Of a stretch of DNA of 64,000 bases, positions 52,201 to 64,000 are shown one piece after another; within the stretch, counting starts at the first letter, position 1, and each line of letters opens with the position of its first letter. Both the position numbers and the translations under genes were made by a program. Source of the DNA: Ophelia neglecta (taxonomy: Eukaryota); contig OZ260663.1 of NCBI GenBank assembly GCA_965285935.1, positions 81,344,001-81,408,000 on the forward strand, given 5' to 3'. A model generated the notes under the pieces. That model was not told the origin of the DNA, ran no database searches, and worked only from the letters and a program-made list of their open reading frames with translations.

Positions 52201-55200
52201 TTGCTGTTGGCATTTGTCAGTTTGATGGTGGTTTTGTGCCATGGGCGATATTCAGGAGGTTTATCATAGCGCTGTCCATAATTATGGTATTGGGGTGAAT
52301 ACCGACCGGACGGTAATGAGGTGAAATGATCCACTTCGAGCCCCGAGCCAATTTCAAATGAAAAACACAAGTGTCCGCGAGAAGCTGCACTGTGCCAATC
52401 GGGCCATGAGCGTCTAGAAGTGACGAGATAAATCTATCACCCTGCCTGGGTATAATTTCCCAATTAACTAGTTAGTTAATTCTTAGCCAGATGAGCTGCC
52501 ACCCCAAAGGGAGGTCATTATAGTGTTATGATTGGGCTAAAAACAGTAGCGATTTGAGGCGATACCGTGAAGTGACTGACGATAAGGCCGCATCTCCTGA
52601 CAGCAATCCCAGATAAACCCATACACCCCCAAATAGGAACTGATAGCTGCCAATGGCGTTAGTCAAGCATACACCATGGCACGAATCAATTGTTATTAAA
52701 ACCAACTGGGTACCCTGTTAACTTCTCATCTGGTGTAATGTATAAGACAACTATATGTACATACTAAGAAATCTAGACAGAAACATCTCCCCAAGGGGGT
52801 CTGATCCGACTGTGAAGATCTATTTAAAATAAACCCAGTTTGGCAAATAAATTGAGCTATTCTCTTAGTCCAATTGTAGCAACCATAACTCTTAAAAGTG
52901 ATTTATTAATACCATCATGGGAGAGTGGTGCCGTTTTAAATATAGTTTATGAACGTGATCTCCAACTGAATCTTATTCTGCACGCAAAGTTACGAAATAA
53001 GTGACATTTGGTTGATCATGTACCCATTTCAAAGCCCAGATAATAGATTTGATTCAATGGAAGTAAGCACATATATACATTTAAAAACTCGATATAACAG
53101 AATGATTTTTATTTCAATTAATTGGTTCTTTTGTAAGTAAGGACCACAGGTTAATTGAAAAAGAAATGATGTGCCTATAGATATTAAATTAACCTTTTGT
53201 ATACTGTGAAATAGTCAGGTTGCTAATTATTTTAACGGAAATATATAGCCCTCTGTCTTAAAAAGAAAATTCTAATCGATGATATGGATTGATAGCCGGG
53301 TATAACTTTATTAATGGTATAGATAGGTATCTTTATTAATAGTAATAACTTTGATGAAATGGTGTTATCGCGAGATGTTTTACGAGACTACCTCTCAACA
53401 TGTGTTTCAACACAAGTCCTGTACAGCTGCCTAATAATTTATGTGAGCAATATTTAATTTCAACTTGATTAAAGCAGCATTCCCCGCGGGTAGAGAGGTA
53501 CAACGTATAACCGAAGTAACAGCCGAGCTAATGGCTTTATTTTAAGTTGCAGAGAGTCATTGAAAATCAACTTTAGCACTATGCTGTAATAGTGGGTGAC
53601 TGTTTGTCGTCATGTTGTAGGCAAGCAAATGTCAGACGGCACAAGTTTTGCTAAATCATTAGGCATATATACTTGGCAAAACAGTATCTACTTAACTCCA
53701 GCTTATCAAATTCTGGAGTCAAGCACAGGTCCTAAGAGGAAAGCAGCCGACACTGTGTTATTTGTGGCTGCGATGTTGGACATATGTATTACAATATGAA
53801 ATCGGTGATATACTTTGATCGTTTATTGAAGCCACATTGGTATGGCGCCTCACTGCCGCATGTATCCAATATAGTCTGTACATTTCTGGTAATAAATCTT
53901 GCTCGCCTGTCATATTACTTTTACCGGTTGAAGTTTCACAGATGTTGGGCCTGTTCAACTGGGATGGATACAGAAGCTAGCGTGTTTACGCATCTAGCGG
54001 TGAAAGAACAATTGGGGCCCAGTGTCGGGTTTCAAGGGCTGAGGAGGTGTGGTTTAGCCCGGGGCTAGCTTCTCTCCCTGTCTGCTGGTCCTTAATGTAT
54101 CTGCTAATGCCCTCTGTCGGGTGATGTGTCGATGGTATCAGGTAACTTGGGCCCACCCCTTGTCTAATGAACACCCCGAGTCTTCTCTCCATTGATGGCA
54201 GGTGTCAAAATGGTGACATCGTCAATTTTGTTTCGTCTTTCAGCACGATGCGCGTAATTATAGACATAAATTATTGTTGAAAGAAATACAGTGGAAAATT
54301 ATGAGTCGAGTCAGTAGAGATACTATCTGGCAGAGAGGAGACTCCGCTGGGTCTAGACGATGGGTTGGCTGACTGGTCCCGTGACAAGGGGTGCTTCCCG
54401 GTGACATATCGCGGGGATGGCAAGCTGCCCCCGGTGCTGACAGCCACGGCCCTCCCGGCCCCCTAGCCCTCCTTATCGCCCTCTCTCATCGCGGTAATGT
54501 CGCCCCCGGGCCGGCCGGTCACACCGGCTAGCAGACCCATCCATCGCCGAACAAATACTCCGACATATCACACCAGCCACTCAGACATTTTTCTTCCTCA
54601 ATATCGTCGATAGCCTCACAGAATGCTCGCCGAGGCGAGGCGGGAGAGATAGCAGACGATGATGAATACATCGAGAGCACAGAGGGAAAGCAATGTCGTC
54701 TGAAGTCAGTATCATATGACAGCCAACAGTCAAACTTAAAAAAGAGAACAACTTCAACTTATTTTGGTCCAGTCTTTACGACAAAAGCCGAAGATAAAGT
54801 TTCAGAAATCAACTCAGAACAATACTGTTAATACAAGCAAAACAAGCCAGATCTGTTTTTCATGTCTATCATAATAGGCATTGATTTCAACAACGAAAAA
54901 CAGTGAAAAGACTGGCTGGCATTGCACTACTTTTCTAAAGAACATACCTAGACCGTTATTTAAGAGGCCCCAGCTCTTATATGAGATGACAATGACTACA
55001 GACAGCCTATACACACCCCTGATTGGTGATTACCTTCTGGCAGGACAAGAGCACCCGATTCAATCGACATACACAAACATCATGACATACTATTAACAGT
55101 AGCCTCTTATTCTCGAAGTATAGATATTATTGAGCTTCCGAGCGAGATGAGTTACGAAGACGTCAGATTGCGTCGTGCGGGGGGTGACACAGCAGCACAA

Positions 55201-58200
55201 GTGCGGCCGTATATATCAGTTGTTCCCATCAATCAGACAAGAGAAAATTAGTCAACAGTCTCATAATTACACGGAGGGAAATATGTAAACATTTTCTTAG
55301 AGGAGTTGTTAAAGCTATTCCCACACACGTGCGGTTCGACGGAGGCCAAGGGGCCAGCAGATGTAAGGGGGCTCCTTTGGGGATTCTGCTTGCTCACCGA
55401 CTGGGGGATTTGAGACATGTAGAATGATAATCTATTTTGTACATTGTGATTATCATAACGAAAATATTCACTGTGTAACTATATAAATTGTTACAGCTAG
55501 CCGTTGTATAAAAATAAGTTCTTTTGTAAACAGTCTGACCTACTTGCCAAGACTAGTGGGGTAATAAGTACTCATTGTCCTGGGGTAAGTGTAATCTTCG
55601 GTTATGATTTTAGACTGGGTGTTAGGCTACAGTAGAATGTATGATATTAGATGTACGGCCTATAGTGGTAAGCACTGAATCCCGGAAGTACTGCCAGACG
55701 GTTCCAAAACCAATATGGCTACGGGAACTGCCGACTATAGCTATTAATAACAGGGGTTTGAATAAAATTTATAAAATGTCATCGACAAACAACAATTAAG
55801 GCTTTATTTCTAAAAGATGGCAGATCCACTCTACTTTATGTGTTGTATATCAATCATAAAATTACTCATGTTTATTGTCATCGAACGAGTTTAAATGTAT
55901 TGCAACTAGTTGCCACTAAATCATATTTATTACCAATAGAATTTTCCAATAATTCATTTCACAAGATGACGAGACAGACAGTATAGATGTCGTAACAAAT
56001 GTTTATGGATGTGGATTTGATGGACGGCCCGAGATAAAGTCCATAAAGCCCTAACTTTACGAGCGCATATTGAATTGTGTTAAGGTCATCTTGTGAATTA
56101 TTGTCATTTCTGAAATATGCAGCAGACACCGAGTCAGTTGAGTGTGGAATATGTAAAACATGGTGTTTCTGGAGCTTGTCAAAAGTTCAAAGTTTGTTTT
56201 CTCGCCGCGTGAAGTTGGTTGAAAGGGTGTTTAAAAGACAGCTAAATGCTGGGATGTGAGCGAATTCCGTCGTGCGAGTCTGTGATCTTAGCTGTGGAAC
56301 TCGCCATAAACAGCTCAAAAATACCACGGTCGACACCAGGCCGCCATAGTCCAGCCAGGCTAATCTACCCGACAAGACATTTACATTCCCCACTCCATGT
56401 TGTCTTTGCCCCTCTCTTTGAAGTACTGACTCGCCAATTGACAGGACATTCTCCTTAATTATGAGTTCGTCAATTTGTCGACACGACGCTACGCTCCCCT
56501 CGCTATCGATCACATAATTAACAGAGAAGAACCCAGTCCAGCTCCGCGGCACACGTTCATCTAATTAGGGGGTGCCATCTTCTGTCCCACGGACACTGCC
56601 CAGATAAACAACACCACTACATATTTTCACTTCCAATTATCAAAGTGGTCAAATAAATCTCGGTCAGCCTGTTCGTATTCGGGGCCAGAGCCACTGGATT
56701 AAGTCAAGCGTGGAGTATGTTCCTAACACTATTCTCTGGACCCCTTTATCCTAACCAGAGATTTCTATAACTGTGGGAATCTCACGAGCATACCAATCTA
56801 CTTGACAGGGAACCGTGAACCTATGACGTCATTTCCTGCAAATTACCATCAATTCTACATATCCATGGCGGTATCACAGTTAATTCTTGAACGAAATTCT
56901 CCATCTGCACATCTGGGAATATACACTGATTCAAAACGGAAATGGCATCATCCATCTACACCGAAAAACCAATATAACATGTTTGCTAAACTCACCTCAA
57001 AAACTCCTGTGCTGCAGAACAAATCCGGTGTCATAATGAGGTAGTTTAGATGTTTCAATTAGCAACTATCTTTGGTACTAACATATAGAGTACTTGTAGC
57101 AAGATGGGAACAGTTAGAGGTTGTAACTTTCCATTAGCCTCTAGCACAGCCCCGTTCATGTTTCTTTCGGCATGGACAAGACATTCCATGTTCCTACGAT
57201 TGTAACTTGTCCCACGAGGGTCGTCGCTTCCGGCAATGAAGGCTTCTATACTAGACTATAGAGCTCTTTGAGCATTGTTAATTTAAGAAATGTGCAGGAG
57301 GACGGCGGAACTTGTTTCTCCTAACACACCATTCAACGAGCTAATCTTACAACGAGACTCATGAGACAAAATCCCAAATACACCAACAAACCACTCTGTC
57401 GTCTGCAATTAGGAAACAGCTACATTAACTCTACTCACGGCCTATTATAGGGATAGGACTAGGTTATTAGCTATGTGGGCTACTATCAAACCATGAAACT
57501 TGAGTTTATTGTGAGCGAGGTAACATTGCTACATGGTAGAGTAGGCCTATATACTATATGGGGAGAATATGGAGAGAGCACAGGAGGGCAACAGTGACTG
57601 CAACACAAAAATGCCCCAGAAAGCGTCTCCCCTCCCACAGAGGGTCCTGGCTCCAAGACCCCCCCCCCCCTCTGGCACACCCAAGTTACACCGCTTCCAG
57701 TAAAAGCTGACCATTTGCGTCAACCCCAGATATGTCACTGACCTTTAATGAAACCCTTTGACAGTAAAAACGATATACGACGTACATAGCACTAACTTGT
57801 AAACAATCTTAAACACTGTACACCTAACTTTTTTAATTATCAAGTGTCTATTACTGATAGTATCGTTTCTTTTACTCTTGTTATTTTGACTAGCAATGGG
57901 TCTACCTTGTTTCATTTTAGACTTAGCCATACCCTCCCTTCCAGCCGATTGCATCTGAATATATATGACTGCATTCATACAAACCTTTGCAGTTAATTGG
58001 AAATGGTGGTTGACGTTTTGCATTGCTCCCAACCTAATAAATACATAGCAAGCTTATACCATCTCTGTTTCCTTAACTGGCGCTGAAGACTGACTGGTAA
58101 TTATTTTCGCATAAATCAGTTTTAACGTCGGCCTGCAGAAGATTCCAATAGAAGTTTCTTTATGATTTAAGAGCGGTTTTCCTGCGTTACCTAGTCATTA

Positions 58201-61200
58201 TCGCGCCTGAACATGCATACCTGCATATTTCAATTAAAAAGAGCTGTATTTTTCACAACGAATATAGCTATTAGGGTAACCTGAACCGCACAATAGTCAT
58301 TGATAAATCCCACCTGATACAGACTATAGAATATGTCTGTCAAATGTTTTACAACTCCGTCTTACGAACGTCTCTTGAAATCACGAAATTGGAAGATGAA
58401 TAAGAAGTGACAAAATAGTTTAGGCAGTATTTTCAATACTAAACAAAGTGCTAGGCGGAAAAACACATCAAATGTATGTAGCTCTTGCGTGTAGAAGTTC
58501 GTGTTTTTTAACATGCCAAGCACAACATCTCTTAAACAAAGTAAAGCGTGTATGATGTACATTGGCGAAATGATTCACAGGAGACAGCATTGTTTGCTTT
58601 ACGAAAAAAAACTCATATTCAGAACAATAATGTTTGTAACTTATAAAGCGGCATTTACCTAAGTACTCTGATGTCTGAAGGCGATGTTAGTAGGTCTATG
58701 ATTTAGTGTTGGGGACACGGCAGGTCTGCACTCTGCCGGGGGCTTGACGAGAAAGGTCGTGCCACTACATTGGTAGATGGCCCATATGCCTTCACCTCGC
58801 TTGTAATGGAAGTGTAATTATTGCTAAATAAGTCAAGGTATTCGGAACCAGCTGGCGGAAAACAGTCTGTCATATTGAAACATGTTAAAAGCATTGAAAG
58901 ACATTAACTATGACCCAAACAGACGTGTCTTAGACACATTTCACATGTGATGATGTTGTCTTGTCAGGTCTGGTATTTCTGGCTGACCACCGGTTATCAT
59001 TTTACCGTGTGACCACCTCCAGAAATACCTGCAACTGCCGCTACATTGCTCACATTTCATAATAAGCGAACAGCTATGAGGAAATGAATGAAAACTAACA
59101 AACCTGATGGGTCAACTTTACTGTACAAATGAAGTAGCTTGTCACATTCCTAATAAACAAATGATGGTGACAGACGACAGATTGAGTTGTCAAGGCAACT
59201 TCTCACGCTACCAAGGCTACTGACTACCTGTTGCTAACACATGTTAGTCTTGTAAGAGGACAGTTTTCTTGGACATCATATGTATAATGTGGTTTCTTTA
59301 AACAGTTGTGAATCATAGTCAGGCATACTTGTGCTATGATTGATACTCATACAGATATTTAGTTTCAATGTTCACCGGAAGTTGCTTTGACCGCATTCAA
59401 AACAAAAGATTTTCTGCTGACAAAAGTCAATACGAACTATGCATGTCTTACCGAGAAAAATATGTAATAAATAAGCACACTTATACTGTTATTGTTTAGT
59501 TAATAAGTTGTGTTAGTATGATAAATGCGTGCATTATGATGCTTATCTAAACGACTTGTGGTTTGCAAAAATAAAGTTTATTCGGTTATTTTGTATGTGC
59601 TGTTCATCCAGTACTGGCGTTATGCCGTACACTTAAAGGTTGTGTGCATGTGAGTGTTGCTAATAACCGAGTCTGTAATGGTATTGTCTAAAATACAAAA
59701 CAGTGTTGGAGTACATTTTGCCGGAAGGGTCACGTGTCGCGAGAGAGATGGCGTTGTCAGCTGTGTACTTGGTGACCTCCATGCTTAAGTTTGGTAATTT
59801 ATCTCGTGAAAGCAGTTTTTATATTTTCTTAGGAAGCATTTGGCGCATTGTCTATTATTATTGTATCGTCTATGTTGTTCGTCGGAATCCGTCTGAAAAA
59901 TATTTAAGAAAACCCTGATTAAATGATTCATTGTACTTGATCCTAACTCCATAGAAACAGTATATGAACGCATTTAAAACCGAATAAAGCCAAACATATA
60001 CAGATTTCTTGCTTCAAAGCTAGCCAAAATTATTTGTTTACAATGTTCGAATGTCAGAAGCGTAACGAGGCCATGTGGGAACTTAATAGAAAAAACACAT
60101 GCTGTATTAATAAATTTAAAAACAGAACATAATATAATTCATCCATACAATATGTGGATATATTTATAGCACAAAGAATAACATCCCTTTAGTTTAAAGC
60201 AATAAATGCAATAATTGCCAAAGGCCGCTGGAGTATGGGTGATTTTGGTACGATGATGGTAAACAAGTAGTGGACTTAAGCCAAATTGGAATGAAATAGT
60301 TTTTTTAGACCCCGCTAATAACTCCTGACGTTCTTGATGCCATAGGTTACGTATAGCATTGAAGGGCAAATTGTACAGGTGAGGAGTCAATTAACCAAGT
60401 TTAAAGCAAATAACATTAGTGTATCGGTACTATTGGCAAAGGTCTTGCCTATGTAGTGGGTACAAGTGGCTAGTCGCGTTTCGAAGCCAAATTATCGCCA
60501 TTTTAACTCGTGTTGTACGAACAATTATACCCCGATAGAATTCATTGGATTGGCAGTGGTAGTTTTATCTTTGTTGGCATATTTGGAGGTTTTTTTTGCG
60601 TTGGAAAGGCTAAGGAATTGGCGACTGGCGGGCGTGCTGGCATCCCCGCATCCCCCGCGGAATATTGGCAGCAGGCCCTGTCTCAGCAGCCGAGACTGTG
60701 GACTCGCTCCGGCGACTTTGGCGCGAGTTCCCATGCCCTGTTCTAACCCCAGCGATCATGGCGCAGTAAGTCAAAGCTATTGATAAATAGTATATGGAGG
60801 CATAATTTGACAACCGTCAAACACTTGTTTTAAAATCCAGCTGGTAAGATATATCCGCCATGATGACAAACTGACATGGAATATTATATACTGTGAAGTG
60901 GACATCAGTCAACATCTCATAGTCGACAGCTTGACTAAACTCATAATAACTATACACTTGAAATAACGTCAATATGGAAAGACATTGTTTTGTCTGACCT
61001 CGAGAAAAAAGAGGGTATTTAGTTCTAAATTGTTACTTCAAAGGAACAAACAATGTGCCCACTTCATTGTCAATTGATAACATATGGAATGTATGTAACT
61101 TAACTATGACTAATCAATAAAATTACTCATGTCCTTGAAACGCCATTTCTGGCTGACCTTGGATGTCGGCATAGAGGTCGCCAAAATGGTGATGTACGAC

Positions 61201-63576
61201 CTCGCAGTAATAATGAATAACCTCATTAGGCGATTACAATCAAAGGTGAAATGTTACCACGCAGTAACCAATCCTTCATGGCGCCGGATATGATACAACC
61301 GTCAGCTATAGGAACTTAAAACATCTCGAAATAGTCAGCTAATCTATGTCTCGGGTTCAATGGGAAGGTACTGTAAATGTAGGTCACTGTTGAGTACTCA
61401 AGTAGAGCAAGTAAATTGAGCGTTATGTTAAGTATTATTGATTGCATGCGACTAATTGGGTTGAGTCAGCAACCCCGAGGAGCAGTTTTGTAAATGAGAA
61501 ACTGTCGAGGAGCACCATTGGTCCTCCGAGGGCGACCTTAGACAAAACAGTCGGCGATCTCAATGGTTGCTTCGCATGTTAGGTGTGATCTGGTGTAATT
61601 GGCGTCCATGTCCGACAAGCTGGCCCACTTGTTTGTTAGCAGGCCGCCAGCCATTCCCGTTTTACCTACATGCATGTTGGTATTGTAGCCATGCATCAAC
61701 ATTAGCTTTGCAAAGAAAAAGATGAATCACAAAGAAATGTGTCCCGGCTTCTCCTCAAAACCTGCGGCTAAACAAAGTGTTCAATAGTCATTATATTAAA
61801 TTAGGCACCGGTGTTGACATGTCAGCATAAGGAGCCAAGGAAACAAATCTAGTCAGAAATGTGTCCAATCCTATTGAATGCTTGCCGTTTTCATGTTGCA
61901 AAAGGTCTCTGGGGAATAACATTATCAACTAGCACTAAACTTTTTTTTTCGAAATTCGGCATAAATGGAATGGCTGGAATGGAGCACAACACATTCGAGG
62001 TCATCATCGGAGAAGGTGAAGGTCACAAACTGTGTCTACCATAAGGCCCACGACTTTACCCGAGTTTACAGAAAATAGGTACAGTTCTTGTCTGCCAAAT
62101 TGACCATAACCAAACACGTGACCCAACGCGGAATGGGTAGGAAACTAGTTTTGTCTGCATCCGGAACTTCCCATGCGGCCGTAGAGCCTAGCCAAAGCCC
62201 AGCAGCTTTCTTCAGATTTCTCTAGCTCCCACGTTTTTCTTAGTCTGAAATTGCACACTCCTTCCTTTGCCAAATGTTTCGAATATCGGTTTTATCGTGA
62301 AATACACTATTTCTACGGGCGCTGCAAATTGCCGCCGAGCCGTATTCAATAAAATACACAGAAGGCATGCGTTTGTCTGCAGATGTTAGGTAGGTCTGGT
62401 CAAAAATCTCATTCTGAAAGGTAGATTTGTGACTGGCGAAGCAGGCCTTTACGTGTTGGAGAGTATATTCTAGTATGACATGGTGTAACGGCAGATTCGC
62501 CAAAATAAATAAATGTGTCCCTTATGACAATGTTGATTTATGTCAAGTTACTTACTTCACAGCAATGTACGAGCCGTGCACACACAATAGTATTAAAGAG
62601 AGGCTAGAGTATATGTCTCTTTAACTATTTTTATCATATATTTTATCTTTCGGTTACGTTCGACAACGAATAAGTTGCAGATAGGTAGATTTTTTGATGA
62701 AAGATTTTAAATAATACGCACTTCCGGTACACTGGTGAAAAAAAGCTTGATGCAAATCGAATGTCAAAAAAAGTTGCCCATTTGACTTATTTTGCCGTCT
62801 GGGCGACAAGTTTGCGAAGTGATTAGTCTCATTGTGTGCTTTGTTCCAGGTACTTGATTATATTGAAATGATTTTTCCAAAGCCGGCGAAGAACAAAGAC
62901 GGGCAATTAGTACGATTAATCTAAATAATTAATACTTGTTATCTGGCCTCCTTGCGTGTTGTGCATGCCCTTTTTAATTAATCCGCCGGACGTTCAGTTT
63001 ACAATCTGCTGTTGGAGTTATTTTGGGAGAGGTTAACATGAATTGTGTTACCTTTGGTGTGCATCGCTCGCAATAAACGAGACAAAATAAATACTCTACA
63101 AATTGCTGTTGCCTCACCATACCATGTGGTGTGCGAGCGTGATCGAGATTTGAAATTAATTTGTCAAGGGGTAGTCGGGAGGGCTAGAGGTGCGCTGGGG
63201 AGCCATGGATCTCACAGCAACACACTCATTTGTTATCACCATCTCATCGCATGCAATCATACCACAGTATCCAGGTGGAAGAATTGATTTGAAATCGATG
63301 CAACAAATCGCATGTGGCGAGTAAAAACGTCAACAAAAAACTGTTGAGCTGGCACGCATAAGATGCAATTTGTTTCGTTGATATCCTCAAACGATATACT
63401 AAAAAATTATAGTTAAAATAGCCATTTTTCTAAAACTTTAGATGGTTACTAGGCCTGTGATTTATATTTAGACCTATGTTAGTCATCGTCTGAAGGGTTC
63501 TCATAATCTTAGCGCCAGATTTTACCATTAAACAGGGACTGATCCAGCATTGTCTCTCATTCTCAAGGTCTTTATA

Positions 63577-63800
63577 GGGGGGGGGGGGTTGGGAGCGACC
63601 CGACTCCGGAGAGAATGAGGTGGTTGGGGTGGGATGTCTCACACATCCCCTTCCCACTCACCCGCGTAGGGAGGGGGTTGGGGGGGGGGGAGGTGGAACT
63701 CACAGACGCCGTATAGTTAACACACCTTTAAATCTTCTAAATGCACCATGCTGTAAATTGATATAGGATAGTCCGCACCCTCCCCCCCCCCCTCCCCTAA
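63577..63800. repeat. G-tract/C-tract low-complexity region
   Basis: G12 at about 63577, G11 at about 63680, C runs at 63778-63797. Confidence 0.7.
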
Positions 63801-64000
63801 ACCTAATCACCCACACCCCTGAGTGCGTTAAAACTTGGGTAACAGCCACAACCCAGACGACGCGAACGGACTACGTGTGTTGATGGAGCATGGTGAATTG
63901 ATCGCAAGGAAACATAAAAAATATTAAATACTAGTGGTGACTGAAACAGAAAAGCACTTAACTTGTCTAATTTTGAAAAGTTAGTGACAATTTAAAGTGT

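Noticed and set aside
60466-60813. Overlapping ORFs in four frames as a gene
   Set aside because: Stop depletion in a GC-rich patch and no recognisable domain; more likely a regulatory element.
55856-61132. Identical 16-mer ATAAAATTACTCATGT at about 55856 and 61117
   Set aside because: An AT-rich match with no flanking similarity; plausible by chance in 64 kb.

Overview
Eukaryotic (bilaterian, probably lophotrochozoan/mollusc-like; taxon is an inference) genomic DNA containing two tandem, same-orientation (minus strand) Iroquois (Irx, TALE-class) homeobox genes in a gene-poor regulatory landscape. Irx-B (ATG 48448, stop 39178) is complete: 6 coding exons, 521 aa by my splice reconstruction. 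Irx-A (ATG 12669) has 5 coding exons traceable to 1444; its last exon is unresolved. The paralogs share intron phases (0,0,2,1,1) and promoter layout but have kept complementary subsets of the Irx motifs. Between them lie a decayed CR1/L2-type LINE (~31.6-33.2 kb) and a 1.8-kb TTAA-flanked, TIR-bounded non-autonomous DNA transposon (Kolobok-like) with a nested 168-bp MITE. The most striking unexplained signal is the 9-mer GCAGACGAC: at least 17 exact copies on both strands (about 0.5 expected), including a tandem triplet. Most other ORFs in the track look like chance ORFs. All coordinates and counts were read by eye.
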